A DNA stretch of 64,000 bases from Hemiscyllium ocellatum (Eukaryota), in the NCBI RefSeq assembly GCF_020745735.1, contig NC_083433.1, forward strand, positions 6,459,363 through 6,523,362, in the 5' to 3' direction. This document shows positions 19,302 to 39,877 of the stretch, piece by piece; position 1 is the stretch's first letter; each line of letters begins with the position of its first letter. The notes below the pieces were generated by a model, which was given only the letters and a program-made list of their open reading frames with translations, was not told the origin of the DNA and did not search any database. Both the position numbers and the translations under genes were made by a program.

Positions 19302-19651
19302 CCACTATCAGAGATCCCCACTTATCCTTTAACACAGATAGTGGGGCAACATCTCACCCTTCTCTTTTTGGGGTTTTGGTTGATTGTCCTTGCTGAGGTG
19401 ATACCTGAGAAGTGACATCCCCAGCAACATTTGACAGTCTCAGTGGGATCTATACATTTGTAAGATTTTGGATTTGGGGATTACTGATACCTAAGGTCAG
19501 CTGTTGAGGATTTGTAAGTAGTTTTAAGATAGTGTATTCAGTTTATAGTAACTGCTTAGACATGTGAGATAATGGAGAGTTTTATTGACCCCAGAGAATG
19601 GATAAATGGATGCAACCAATCTCTATAGCGTTTGATAGCAGGAGTGACAGT

Positions 19652-20125
19652 TTAAAGTCTGGTTGAAGATTTGTAGCTCGGGTGTCCGTTGTTGTGGTTC
19701 TGTTTGCCGAGCTGGAAGTTTTTGCTGCAAACGTTTCGTTCCCTGGCTAGGGAACATCATCAGTGCTATTGGAGCCTCCTGTGAAGCGCTGCTTTGATGT
19801 TTCTTCCGGTATTTAGAGTGGTTTGTTCTTGCCGCTTCCGGGTATCAGTTTCAGCTGTAGTAGTTTGTATGTGGGGTCCAGGTTGATGTGTCTGTTGATG
19901 GATCTTCTTGCCGTTTCCGGGTGTCAGTTTCAGCTGTAGTGGTTTGTATATGGGGTCCAGGTCTATGTGTCTGTTAATGGAGTTTGTGGATGAATGCCAT
20001 GCCTCTAGGAATTCCCTGGCTGTTCTCTGTCTGGCTTGTCCTATGATGGTAGTGTTTTCCCAGTCAAATTCATGTTCCTGGTTGTCTGAGTGTATGGCTA
20101 CTAGGGATAGCTGGTCGTGTCGTTT
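19652..20125 (-). mobile_element. 5'-truncated Penelope-like element (family A)
   Basis: 11-bp TSD GGAGTGACAGT (19641-19651, 20126-20136), with the empty site at ~13227-13240. Encodes the C-terminal end of the GIY-YIG region ([11 protein letters not shown]...REFLEAWHS). Confidence 0.9.
19727..19766 (-). ncRNA. Minimal type-I hammerhead ribozyme motif (PLE family A)
   Basis: Minus strand GCA-CTGATGA-T-GTTCCCT-AGCC-AGGGAAC-GAAA-CG-TT^TGC. Perfect 7-bp stem II and 3-bp stem I. Confidence 0.8.
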
Positions 20126-22995
20126 GGAGTGACAGTCTTTCAGCATTTACTGATGGTAAGGCTCTTTCTTTTCTTTATTGTTTTATTCCCAGGTCAGCTG
20201 AGACACCAGCAAGGTTTTGTTCCTCTCCCTGGCAAATTCTTAACTCCCCTCACCCCTCCTCCACAGATCATAAACCATAAAACCATTAGGTCCCTGGGTT
20301 GGAGTAGATCGTTCAGTCCCTTGAACCTGTTCCACTGTTCTATAGGATCACAGCAGATCCAATGTTCCTCCCATCTACTTTCTGCCCTTTCCCCATAACC
20401 CTTGATTCTTCAACTCCTCAAGAATCTATCGCGGCTTTAAATATACGCAAGATATCCCAAGCTGTCTGTGGCAAGGCATTCCAAAGACCCACAACCCTCT
20501 GAGGGAAGGAATTCCTCCTCATCTGAGTCTTCGATGGGTGTCCCTTTACCCTGTGACTGTGGCAGTGATGGGTCCTTCCCTTAGTGGCTGTAAACTACGT
20601 TCCCGCAGATGTTTCCTGCCGCTGCGTGGATCTCCGAGATTCATGTTCAGCAGTGTCCTCTGGAACTGATGTCACCGCGTCCAACTGCTGATTACCATCT
20701 CAAGCTAGTTTCAGTTATTTTTCAAATCAAACCAATGGAGATGCTGTGACACACCTCTGGAGCAGGTGAGACTTGAACCCAGGCCTCCTGGCTCAGAGGT
20801 AGAGACACTACCACTGTGCATCAAGAGCATGGACCCATTGAGTGGCTGCACATTTACTTTGCGTCAACCATCGGTTTGAACCCTTGCCCCCAGTGAGTAT
20901 TGGGCAGCTACCAAGACAGCAGAATGGTCATCTCCCTTGGTGCCCAGCACTGGAGGTCAGCTCTTGACCCTTTCTAAACATTCACATGGATAATCAAAAA
21001 TATAATGGTGGTGAAAGCAGCCATTTCGCCCATCGTGCATGTACTAGCCTTCCGAATGAGCGTTTTGACTTAGCATTAGCCAGCCTTTTCCCTGTCACCC
21101 TGTACTTTATTCCCATTGAAATAATCCCATTCCCTCTTGAATAGCTCAGTTGAACCTATCTCCACAAAGCTGGTGAGCAAAATGTATTGTTTGTTTAATA
21201 GCCTAAATATTGTATTCTCATGTCAATAGGAGTCTGAATTTAGGACCGTGGCATAGGTGACGGGGGTGAAAGTTAAAGTTATCCTTTGCTAATTGAGATG
21301 GAGAGGAGCATAAAGTACTTTGCTCGAAAGATTGGGTGTTTTTTGAAATTCCTGCACTGGAGATATGTAAATACCAAGTTAGACTTATGTATCACTGGTC
21401 TAGATGGACTTTGAGTTACTCAGGACTTCAAGGCTATAGAAGGAAATGGAAAAGTTGAGTTGAAGCCCAAAGTCAACCATTATTGTACTTAACAGGCAAA
21501 GCAGTCAAAGGTCAGAGGCTGGGAATCCTGTAGCAAGTATCTTACCTCCTGACTCCTCAAATACTGTCCACCATCTGCAAGGCACAAGTCAGGATGTGAT
21601 GGAATACTCCTCACTTGCCTGGATAGGTGCAGTACCAATACCACAAGCAGCTTGACAGCATCCAGGAATGCAGCCACATCCACTCCCTCCATCACTGACA
21701 CTCAGTAGAAGTGTACACCATCTACACAATGCACTTTGGAAATTCAAACACCTTTAACAGTCTCTTCTAAACCAACAAGCACTTCATCTGGAAGGAAGAA
21801 TGCAGCAGATACATGGGACACCACTTCCTGCAAGATCCCCACCCCAAGCTACACACCAGCCTGACTTGTAATTCCATGTTGTTGGATCAGAATACCTGGA
21901 AGCCCTTCCCTCTGGGTAATTGGATGCACTCTCAGCCATTCAAGGTGGCATTACATCACCAGGGGATGGGTCATAAATACGGGCCCAGTCAATAGTGCTC
22001 ACATCCAGGTGAGCTGAGTAACAGTGACGGGTTGTATGGTTTACTCACTTACTCTCAAGTAGCGACTAAGACCATATTAAAATGCAAACCCCATTGAATG
22101 AAGTTTAGTGTATACTACAACAACCATTACACTTTCTATTAGCTTGCTGCAATTGGATTATGGTAGCAAATCCAAAAAAAAAACTTGGAAAGTGATTAAT
22201 TACCAAAAAACCATCAATGTTATTGTCTATAAACTGAAATTGCATGGAAGTTGTGAGAAAAGAAGGACTTAAAGTATTGCCCCCAGGAAATCATGAACAG
22301 TTTGTGGCAACTCAAGGAAAAATAGTTACTGGAAATATTTTGCTGGAGTGTTAAGTCCCAGTTATTTCCTCAAGTTCATTCCAGAGAGAGATTTTCAGAC
22401 AGTTGAAACCTGTGGAGAAGTGCTGTTGTAGTGTCACTGGTTTAGTATCCTGCAGGTTTAATGCTCAGAGACCATGGATTCAAATCTCACCATGGCAGCT
22501 GGAGGGATTTAAATCCCTCATGAATGATGTTGACCATGTAATTCTGTTGAACTAAAATTTGGAACATTATGCTTGGTGATTTCCCTGGGATGCAAAGGCA
22601 TCGTTATTGCTAGTGGGACCCTGGTGCTCAGACTCAAGTTAAAACAAATATGGTTTTAGTTGGCACTACAGGGAATAACTATAGAGCATCTGGCAGTTTT
22701 TTTTGTACTACTATCTCTGCTGTTGAGCATTTGAATGGAGTGTTGCAAAATTGGGCCTCTACCCAATGTTAGACAAGGCAGCTATAAAACCAAAGTTTTG
22801 GAAAATTAGCAAGCCAACCAAAGTCCAATATTTGAACAGTTTATTTTGCCAGAGTCTAATACATTTCACAATAAAGAGCCCAGATTTCAGCCCTGGTACA
22901 ATTTAAGCAAATCACATTTCTTTCCTCCTACACAAATGATAGAATGTTGTCTATTTTAGTAGAGTACAAAACTAAACTTGCTCCCTGCAGTCAGT

Positions 22996-25068
<2,073 letters not shown>

Positions 25069-25305
25069 CTTCACTATTCCTGCTCACTATCACCCAGACA
25101 ACTCTAGAACTGAGCCTCTCTCTCTCTCACAAGCTCTTGTGTTTATCCTCCTGGGGCACCCTGCACTCAACTGGGGAATGACATCACCAATGATGATTGA
25201 CAATCCATAACAGCCAATCAGGAATCTCTATCAATCCAGGCACCAATGAAAAAGGAGAGAGGGCTGTGGGGCCAGTACTGAGACCCAGATCCAATCAGTG
25301 ATTGG
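25069..25305 (-). promoter_or_regulatory. 5'UTR and core promoter of ferritin copy 4
   Basis: GATAAA at 25147-25142, TGACATCA at 25179-25186, CCAAT at 25187, 25214, 25243 and 25291. Confidence 0.7.
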
Positions 25306-25515
25306 GAATACAGAGAGGTTTGGACAATTAGTCTTGATTATACAAGTGTGTTTGAAGTGATGGATCTTCAACACACTGCAAACTAACTGGCTGCTTGCTG
25401 TTTAATATGTGATACAGTGGTAGTGTCCATACCTCTGGTTCTGAAGACTCCAGTTTCAGATTTCCCTGTCTCTGGAACTAGATGCCCAGAAAATACCTAC
25501 AATGGGATTGGAATG

Positions 25516-26134
25516 TGTTATGGAGTTCGCCAGACCGCTCAAAACATTCTGAAGCAGAAAGCCCCAGACCATAACTTTGCAATTTGATTTGATCAGTGTA
25601 CAGTGAAGATAACTAGGTTGACTACTAGATTTTAAAACAGACAAAAAAGTATTCATAAAATTATACAATGAAATCAAAGAACAGAATAAAGAACCCTTAC
25701 AGAACTCAACCTATCCACTAGACTTAATTATGCTGTTCAGAATATACACAATAGTGCCAATAAAAAACTCCCTTTAGAAACTAGTATAAATGGAACACAT
25801 GCTTACAGGTTGAATTTAAAGGGCAGAAAAGGGAGATAGTTTCCACACAGCTCCCCTGTTGAACTTCCCTATTCAAGACTGAACTAAAACTGCTGCTGGT
25901 GAGCTGACCATTTCCCTTTCATTATACAGGTCACTTCTAAAACATGACCACTTTGGCCTGAAATCTCATCTGTTTACATATAAACAAAAGGCCTCTCAAA
26001 TCCTTTTCATCTCTGTGTCAAACCAGACTGATCAGAGCCCGGCCTGGTTTATTGCCCCTCGGAAAAAAATCAAGGACAGAGTCTCCTTGAACCAAGGAAC
26101 AGTTTTTAGAAAAAAAGGGACTAACTTTTTGGCA
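25516..26134. mobile_element. Probable solo LTR (619 bp)
   Basis: TG...CA termini (TGTTA...TGGCA) flanked by a 4-bp direct repeat AATG (25512-25515, 26135-26138). The sequence is absent from the other array units. Confidence 0.5.
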
Positions 26135-27159
26135 AATGAGGTAATTAAAACCTCAACCTGAGCTACAAATCTTCTCAAAACTCGCAACGTAATTAAAGAA
26201 TGTTACTTTTAGGGAAGCACTTTTTCATCATCTGACCAAACCTGGTCCTTTTGCCTCGACTTTCCATCTGGTTTCATTCTAAAAGTGGTTCAGTCCTGGA
26301 TTAGGTGATGAGATTTGTTCCCTTGGATTAAACTCTGGTTCAGGTGGGCTAGATGGGGGAAGCATGTGATTGACAGCAGGAACCACCAATCACCATCTAA
26401 ACACTACTCTCCTGAGACAGACCCCACCAATGGACACAGTTGACCCACCCAGAAACAAAGTGTATTTGGAGATTGATACATGTCCTGGTCAAAGTGGGTC
26501 TGAGATACAGGGAATACCCAGTGATCACAAAGGACTTTGGTCAAACATTGTCAGTTACCGGCTGATGCATAAAGTAAGATTGATTCTTTATTAAAATAAC
26601 TGAAGGTCTAACAGAGTGTCAACGGTGTATCAAACCTGGTTTTGCTTTCCATTTTTGTGATCTTTAAATGGTACGGTATAATGCTTTTCTATGTTTTTGT
26701 TGGCTTCTGTGCTCTTTTGTTAGTTGTATGTTGCTGCCCATTTAAGAATGGCAGTCCTGTAGGAGTGGGATTTTCCTGCAGATAGCATCCTCACCAAAAA
26801 AACGGGGTGAATATATCCTAATGGTTCCTGTTCTTGTTCCCTCTGACAATAGTCCTTGGAATTTAGAATTTCATAAAGAACACTATCACACAGATGCAGT
26901 GTTTGATCAACCACAAACCTGTTTGTTAGAATAAACCTCATGATGCCCTGGTACAATACCTCTCAGCTTGTCTAAACGGTACAACATCTTGATTGGTTTG
27001 TCCAGTTTAATATTGAGACTCACCTAAAACAGACAGCAGAGGGGCATGGCTGATTTGAATGAAACTTCAACCAACATAACCTTACATTTCTGTCCAAATT
27101 GTATACAACTCAAATCCAAAAATGCCTGGTTTGGTTTGTTGCCACTAAATTACTTTATG

Positions 27160-28030
27160 TTTCCCTCCCTCATAAGGTCAGAACTGAGGATGTTTGCTAA
27201 TGATTGTACAATGTTCAGCACCATTCACCACTCCTCAGATACTGAAACAGTCCACATACAAATGCAACAAGATCTGGACAATATCCAGGCTTGGGCTGAG
27301 AAGTGGCAAATAAAATTACACCCGGCAAATGCCAGGCAATGACCCCCTGCAATACAATCTACCAAAGGTCACTTGACTTTCAATGACTCTACAATCACTG
27401 AATAATCCCGTTATTAACATCCTTTAACTTACCATTGACCAGAAACTCAGCTGGACTCACCACATAAACACAATGTCTACGAGAGCAGAGGCTCGGAACG
27501 CTGTGGTGATTAATTCACCTCCTCACTCCCCAAATTCCGTCCACAGAATACAAGGAGTGTGAAGGAATACTCCCCAATTGCCTGGATGGGGGCTGCTCCA
27601 ACAACACTCAAGAAGCTCGACACCATCCAGGACAAAGCAGCCACCTGATTGGCACCACACCCACAAACATCCACTCCCTCCATCATCAACGTTCAGAGGC
27701 AGCAATGTGTATTATCTGAAAGATGTACTGCAGAAATTCACCAAAGATCCTTTGAAACCCATGACTACTTCCATCTAGAAGAGCGAGGGAGGTAGATGCA
27801 TGTGAACTCCAGCCCCTGTAAGTTCCCCTTCAAACCACTCACCATCCTGACTTGGAAATATATCACTGTCCCTTCAGAGTCTCAGGGTTAAAATCCCGGT
27901 ATTCCCTCACTAAGGGTATTGTGGGTTTACCTACAGCACATGGACTGCTGTGGTTCAAGAAGGCAGCTCACCCCCACCTTCTCAAGGGGCAACTAGGGAC
28001 AGACCAACCAGCAACCCCACATCCCATGAG
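27160..28030 (+). mobile_element. CR1/L2-type LINE 3' fragment (RT remnant)
   Basis: Translates as MFANDCTMF...MQQDLDNIQAWAEKWQ, a decayed FADD region followed by the thumb. Confidence 0.75.
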
Positions 28031-28594
28031 AGAATTTTAAAAAATTGTGTAAAGCTCTCAGCCCCTGTGCCCCTCAGATATAGCTGATGATGGACCTCCC
28101 TCCTCTCAGTTTCTGGTGAGAATGATGGCTTGACTGATTCGCACCCTCCCTCCAGCTGCAGACCCCTCCAGTCCAGGATCACTCCGATTTGACAGGAACA
28201 CTCGCCATTCCCAAAACCCCCAACCCCACGGCTCCGTCTGCTTTTCATTAGAGGCTGGAGTCAGGCCGACCGATCCTATCCCATCTTCCAACTGCAATGC
28301 CAGGTGTTTCATTCAGGATGATCCTTATGGAAATAATATCAGCACATTTCTTGAGGCTAGCCTGCTGAGTGGTCAATGCGTAGCCCCCTCTTTGATCCAG
28401 ACAGGCCTGCTCAATGTTATTATTTCCACAATCCAATCCTCTGAATGGCAGTTGTCTGGGACCACTTGGTTCTTCAATATCCTTCTCCATGCCTCAGTTA
28501 GATGACATGATGGTGGTTATCCTGTGCCATTGTTGTGTTCAAATCCCAACTTCCAGCCCATTTAATATCATCAGTTCTGTTCTGATGTTGGAAT

Positions 28595-29217
28595 AATTAG
28601 ATTAGATTACTTACAATGTGGAAACAGGCCCTTCGGCCCAAGTCCACACTGACCCGCATACCACCCAGACCCATACTCCTACTCCTACATTTACCCCTTC
28701 ACCTACCACTATGGGCAATTTAGCATGGCCAATTCACCTAACCTGCACGTTTTTGGATTGTGGGAGGAAAACGGAGCATCCAGAGGAAATCCACGCAGAC
28801 AAGGGGAGAATATGCAAACTCCACACAGAGAGTCGCCTGAGGCTGAAATTGAACCCGGGTCTCTGGCGCTGTGAGGCAGCAGTGCTAACCATTGTGCCGC
28901 CCAGTAAATTTGATAGCATTCTTAACTTCCTTATTTAGATTAAATTACTTACTGTGTGGAAACAGGTTCTTCGGCCCAACAAGTCCACACCGACGCGCAC
29001 CCACCCAGACCCATTCGCCTACATTTACCCCTGCACCTAACAGTACGGGAAATTTAGCATGGCCAATTCAACTAACCTGCACATTTTTGGACTGTAGGAG
29101 GAAACTGGAGCACCCGGAGGAAACCCACACAGATACGGGGAGAATGTGCAAACTCCACACAGTCAGTCACCTGAGGTGGGAATTGAACCTGGGTCTCTGG
29201 TGCTGTGAGGCAGCAGG
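28595..29217 (-). mobile_element. Two tandem HE1/V-SINE-like SINEs (~28595-28902, ~28935-29217)
   Basis: (ATTAG)n tails and the core GGCAATTTAGCATGGCCAATTCA...CCACGCAGAC...TGCAAACTCCACACAG, with a tRNA-like head. Confidence 0.85.
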
Positions 29218-30984
29218 AATGTCTGAGATTAACCTCTCAAACGTATCATTCATCCACATGTTTTGTAGTGAGTCTTGTCTTTTATTCACAGTACTTGTAT
29301 CTGGGAGGTTTTGAATTTATTCCCACTTTATTCCATTAATTCCCATCGGAGGGGAATCCAATCTCCCAACAGCACGTTTCCCTAACTATTCCAATAATTT
29401 GGAAGTAGAAAATGACAGATGGCTAGCATATGGACAGAGGTAATTACTTTTTAAACAAAGAGTTCTCTGGGTTGGCCTTTCAGGAGTGTTTAAAATTTCC
29501 TTTCTCAAAAATTGGATCAGCAGCCTCTCATACTGTACAGAGACTCCCCACACTTCTGTTTATCGCTACATCAACTTGCAGGTTTACTCTCACCAGTTCG
29601 GTGTTAGCCTCCATAGGCTGCTCCCATGGTTTAATTTGTGGTTTACACTGAGCACATTTAGTCTGGTTTCTGTGCCTTAGTATCACTGTCTATTCTAACA
29701 ACAGACCGAGCGGACTGTTACAGAGCAGGTGCTATTATAGTGCAATGTCACACTTGACATCGTACAGTGATCTTAAGGACTGTCAGGAAATATCTAACAG
29801 GAGCGATCTTTCCCCAAGGAGTATTTAAATTCGGTATCCCCTGTTGGCAGAAATTATTTAATTCTTAAATTCATTTCCCTCCATGAATTTCTCAACAGCA
29901 AAAACAAAAAAGAACCCTGAAATGAAGAGGCATTAATAGTGAATAAAACACTGAAATCTTATTAAACCTATTGCATTCCTCAAAGCTCTTCGGACACTGG
30001 ATAGTTACAACTGAAACATCATTTGAAGCCATTCGACAGTATTAATAGGACAAGGAGCAGGAGGAGGACAGATTGCCAGTTGCATAAATAAACTGAGTAA
30101 TTCCCCCACTACAAATTGATTGTCATATGTAGTTATGCGAGACTGATTTTAGCAATACCTAGGTGTAGCATGGTGGGAAGGTGAGATTTAGCTATCCCTA
30201 ATCTTTGCACATTTTATGAACTATGAAGGAGTTTAACTACCTTAACTTGAATGATTGCAGCACTCCATTGCCCATGGATGACTCCCACATTGGGACAGGA
30301 CCCACAATCCAATGATGTTACATTAACAACTTGGGGGAAAGAAATGGATTCTCCCTCTGGCAACTATGGTGAGATTTGGAACTCCCATGGAGACAAACTC
30401 GTTTGGTTGATTGTTGGGGTTTCTAACAGGCTTTTCAGAGACTTCCTATACTGGTGACCACCATTGACTAGGTTTGGTCCTGTAATGAAGTGACCCAATA
30501 CTGGAGTCATTGGGAAACTAACACCCAGATCACTTGCAGCAGTTTTGTTGCAGCAAGAAACCTAGATTCTGAGAAGTTTGACAGCACAAGGAAAGTCACT
30601 AAAAAAAAACTTGTACATAGGTAAGCAAAAAAGTCAGAAGTTGCTTTCTCTCCCCAGTTGTTGCTAGAAATGCAGAGCTTTTCTCTCCTCCCCCCCAGCA
30701 ATTTGACTTCTAGCATCTGTAGATCATTGTTTTGGATTAAGACAAGTCTGTTTTCTCACATTGGATCATAACAAGATTTACCGGATGCACTCCAATCGAC
30801 CCTGAATATTTAGATAGTGATCCCATTCCATAATGTGGAAAAATCCACAACTTGATCAATTCATCCACAAAGAAAACCCCCAATTCATTTGAGAATTGTT
30901 TATTTAGTAATTTACAAAAGAGAGCCCAGGACACTTTAGTGTATTAGAAGCAGCAGCTCTACAGGTTTCTCCACTGCAGTCAGT

Positions 30985-33229
<2,245 letters not shown>

Positions 33230-34139
33230 CTTCACTACTCCTGCTCACTATCACCCAGACAACTCTAGAACTGAGCCTCTTCCCCCCTTGCTGTTGCATT
33301 TATCCTCCTGGGACACCCTGCACTCAACCAGTGGTGACATCACCAATGATGATTGACAAATCTTAATAGCCAAACAGAATCTCTCATCAATCCAGGCACC
33401 AATGAACAAAGGGGATGGAGATTAGTGGGGCAGGGCCAAGACCCAGAGCCAATCAGAGGTTTGAAATGTCAATATTTGGGATATTATTCTTGATGAGGTC
33501 ACTGCTTTCAGATTAATAGGTTCTCAACAAACTTCCTGGTTGTATACAGCTAGATAAAAATGGAATGATTTTTTAAAAATTACTTTTGAAGTGCTTTTTC
33601 AAGTGATTTCAAGTGCTTTTTCTGATCCTTTTGCTTCAAGTGGCTGTGTTACTGAGATCTCCTATGTTGACTTCTGGCTTCATTTGAGAAGGGTTTATTC
33701 TTGGATGAAGTGATGAGATGTGCTCCCTTGGATTAACTTTTGCTTGGGGTGCACCAGACAGAGCAACAATGATTCCCATCTGGAACTGTTAGTTACATGA
33801 CAGGCAGGAGCTTCCAGGGAGAAATACCACCAACAGACACAGTCAATCCACATGAACAGAAAATACATTCAGATCTTGATACCCGTTCTAGATGAAACAA
33901 GAATTCAAGATGCAGTGAATGTCCAATGGTCACAATGGGCTTTGACCAAACTGACAGACATCATGTGGCCACTCAATGGTCCCCACAGGCTTTGATGAAA
34001 GCCTATGGTTGTACTGGCTCTGGGGGCAATTATTGATTGATCCTTCCCACAGGAACTGCTTCCAATCAATATCTACCTGCGGACATGGATTAAAACATCA
34101 AAGTGGTAAGAAGCATAAATTCTTATTGTTGAACTTCTA

Positions 34140-34470
34140 TAGAATCATCACAGAATCCCTACAGTATGGAAACAGGCCATTTGGCCTGACAAGTTCACAT
34201 TAACCCTCTCAAGAGTAATCCACCCAGATCCATTCCTGGACTACTCTACAGTTACCCCTCACTAATACACCTAGCACATCCCTGAACATGATGGGCAATT
34301 TAGCATGGCCAATTCACCTCACCTGAACATCTTTGGATAGTGGGACTAAACAGGAGCACCAAAGGACACCCACGCAGACACGGGGTGAATGTGCAAACGC
34401 CACACAGACAGTCACCTGAGGCTGCAATCAAACCAAGGTGCTGGCAGTGCTAACTACTGAGCCATTGTGC
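34140..34470 (-). mobile_element. HE1/V-SINE-like SINE
   Basis: Same core as the SINEs at 28595-29217. Confidence 0.8.
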
Positions 34471-34544
34471 CCTATACAGCGGCAAAATGAAATATGACTG
34501 CAAACATAAAACAATGCAGGGACTTAAATCTCATATTGCTGATG

Positions 34545-35642
34545 TCAGTTCGCAAGAAGAATGTAGATTATCCAAATGGCAATAGTTTGGGAAGTTGGAG
34601 TGCGGGGAAGATGCAACAAGACCTGGGTATCCTTGAACACCAACTGCTGAAAGAAACATGCAGCTGCAGCAGGCAGGGATGACCGCAGATGGCCTGTTGG
34701 CCTTTGCAACAGAAAGATGAGAATATAGGAGCAGGGACGTCTTGCTGGAATTGTACAAGTTATTGATAAGACCATACGCTGAATGGTGTGTGCAGTTTTG
34801 GTCTCATGGTGGATATTCTGACTGCAAATGGAGTTTAATACAGGTATGTGTGAGGCCTTGCATTTTGGAAAGTCAAATCAAGGTAGGAGTTTTATGGTGA
34901 ATGGTAGAATCTTAAGGAGTGTAGTGGAACAGAGGGACTTTGAAGTTCAGGTTCACAATTCTCTGAAAGTGGAGTCACATGTAGACAGGGCAGTGAAAAA
35001 TGCTTTTGGCACACTGGCCTTCATTGGGTAGAGCATTGAGTATAGAAGTTGGGAAATGTTGCAGTTATTACAGGACTTTGATGAGGCCACACTTGGAGTA
35101 TTGTGTTCAATTTCAGGCACCTTGCTATATGAAGGATGGTATTAAATTGGAAAGAGTGCAGAAGAAATTTACACTGACTCAATGGTCTAGGTTATAGGGA
35201 AAGGTTGGACAAACTAGGACTTTTTTCTTTAGAATGGAGGAGACTAAGGGAAGATCTTACAAAAGTGTATAAGATCATGAGGGGTATAGATAGGGTGATT
35301 GCATTCTGTCTTTTTGCCAGGGTTGGGGAATCGAGGAGAAAGAATAAAAGGGAACCCAAGTGTCAACTTTTTTACAAAGGGTGGTACGCATACGGAATGA
35401 GCTGCCAGTGGAAGTGGGTACATTAACAAAACTTCAAAGACATTTGGACAAATACACAGATAGGAAAGGATTAGAAGAATATGGGCCAACTTGCAGGGAA
35501 ATGGGGTGAGCATGGATGGACATTTTGGTTGGCATGGACTGGTTTGGACCAAAGGGCCTGTTTTTGTGCTGTAGGGTTCCATGACTCCAATAAAAATTAC
35601 CACATGGAAGGACTGAATGAAGGATAGCTGGATCATTAGGAC

Positions 35643-35673
<31 letters not shown>

Positions 35674-36440
35674 TGGAGCTTAGAAGGTTAGTGGTGATAA
35701 GGGGAAGAACGCCAGAAGCCCATGAAATTATAATAGGGCAAAGAGATCTTGCTCAATAGGCTAAAGAGTAGCAGAGAGACTTGATTTTGGATAAGCGTTA
35801 AGGTATTGCATTTTGGTAAAACAACAAGGGCATGACTTATACAAGTGAAGTAGACCCTTGGATAGTACTGTAGACCAGAGACCAAGGGACTCTGATACAT
35901 AATCCTTGGAAGTTTGTGTCACATGTGGACAAGGCTTTTAAAGACATTTAGCATACTTGCTTTCCTTGCTCAGTCATTTGAGTTAGATCATCATGTTGGG
36001 ATTGTACAGGACATTGGAGGGGCTTTTCCTGGAGTACTTCGATCAGCTCTGGTCACTACTATAGGAAGGCAATTATTAACTTTGAGGTTTCAGTAAAGAT
36101 ATACCAGAATGTTGCTAGGATTGGAGACTTTGAATTACAAAGGGAGGCTGGAACAGAGGAGGCTAAATGACCTCAGAGGTATAGATAAGGTGATTGACAG
36201 GTGCCTTTGCCTAAGAAAAGAAGGAATTTCAGATGGTTTTTCTTTTAAAATATAAAATTACAAGAATAAAGTTTGACTTTTTGTGAAACCACCATATTAG
36301 TTTGTGTGTGGAATGAACTGCTAGAGGAAGTGGTGAATAAGTACAGTTATACAAGTGTCTTGCCAAGATTGTAAGTTCATACAAAAAGCAAGTGGAGATG
36401 TAGGAGCCAAGAACATGTAGAGGGGACTGGCTTGATTAGG
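34545..36440 (+). mobile_element. Cluster of decayed CR1 3' fragments, with a (CA)n tract at ~35650-35672
   Basis: MEFNTGMCEALHFGKSNQ, YRTLMRPHLEYCVQF and LGLFSLEWRRLREDL are typical CR1 ORF2 C-terminal motifs. Confidence 0.8.
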
Positions 36441-36851
36441 ACTAATGAAACATTTCTCCATCCTTGAAAAGCCTACACAGATTTCCCTAACACTGCAGTG
36501 GAAGCCAAAACACAGATCAGAGAAAAATAGAATTAAGGCTAAAGATATCAAAGGTAGAGTTGAATGCTCAGTCATGATGGTGTTGAAATAGTCAATGGAC
36601 CAAGTGACATTGTTCCATTTTCTAGAGCCCAAGATTAGATTGTAAAGAGGAAACTTACATTAAAAAAGTCTTTCAAACAATGCTCTTTGGCCTTGAGCTG
36701 GGACTGAGAATTGGCAGATTGAAAGAGTGATCTTAAATGGTTTCCATCACTGCACAGATGTTGGTTCCAAATTAAAGAGGCACAAACAAGTAAATATTAA
36801 GTTTTATTTCAAGTTACACATTTCACAAAGCCCAACTGAGAAGTACACAGT

Positions 36852-38902
<2,051 letters not shown>

Positions 38903-39877
38903 TCACTATCACCTAGACAACTCTAGAACTGAGCCTCTCTCCCACTAGTTGCTGTATTTATCTTCCTGGGACACCCTGCACTCAGCCAGGGCGTGGCAGC
39001 ACCAATCATGATTGACAATCCCTGACAGCCAATCAGGAATTTCCAATCAATCCAGGAACCAATGAACACAACAGGGAGGACTGTGAGGGAGGAGCAGAGA
39101 CACAGAGCCAATCAGAGATCTGGAAGATAGATAGGTTTGAGAGATGAAATTTAATGATATCATTACTTATGGAGTAATAGATTCTGTGCACACTCCAAAC
39201 TAGCTGGATGCTTCCAGTTGGATGTGACTGAATGATAAATGGAAACACGATATTAACTTTCACTCCACCTTTTCTAAACATTTGAATGTGTTCCCACAAA
39301 TTAAATGCTAAGTATTTATTTTGTTGGCTTCAAAATGCACCAAATTTCTAATGTTCATTCATTAATGGGACATGGGCATCGCGAGCTTGTCCAACATTTA
39401 TTGTATGTCCCTGGTTGCCCTTCTGTAGATGATGGTGAACTGCCTTCTTGAACCGAAGCAGTCAATTGACTTAGCTACACCCACAGGACTGTTAGGGAGG
39501 GGGATCCAGGATTTGGACCCAGTGACACTGAAGAAACGCCAATGTATTTCCAAGTCAGGATGGTGAGTGACTTGGAGGGAACTTCCTTGTCCTTGTATAT
39601 GGTATCGGTCGTGTGTTTGGAAGGTGCAGACTCAGGTCCCGGAAGGAATTACTCTCGTACATCTGGTGGATAGTACACACAGCTGCCACTGAGTGTCAGT
39701 GGAAGGGGGAGTGAATATTTGTGGATGTGGTGCCAAACAAGTGGGCTGCTTTGTCCTGGGTGGTGTTGAGCTTCTTGTATGTTGTTGGAGATGTGCTCAT
39801 TCAGGTAAGTAGGGAGTATTCCATCTCACTCCGGAGTTATGTTTTGAAGGTGGGAGATGGGCTGTTGGGAGTCAGAG

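Noticed and set aside
35641-35672. (TA)/(CA)n microsatellite and the MCVCVC ORFs
   Set aside because: An ordinary simple repeat. The ORFs are artefacts of it.
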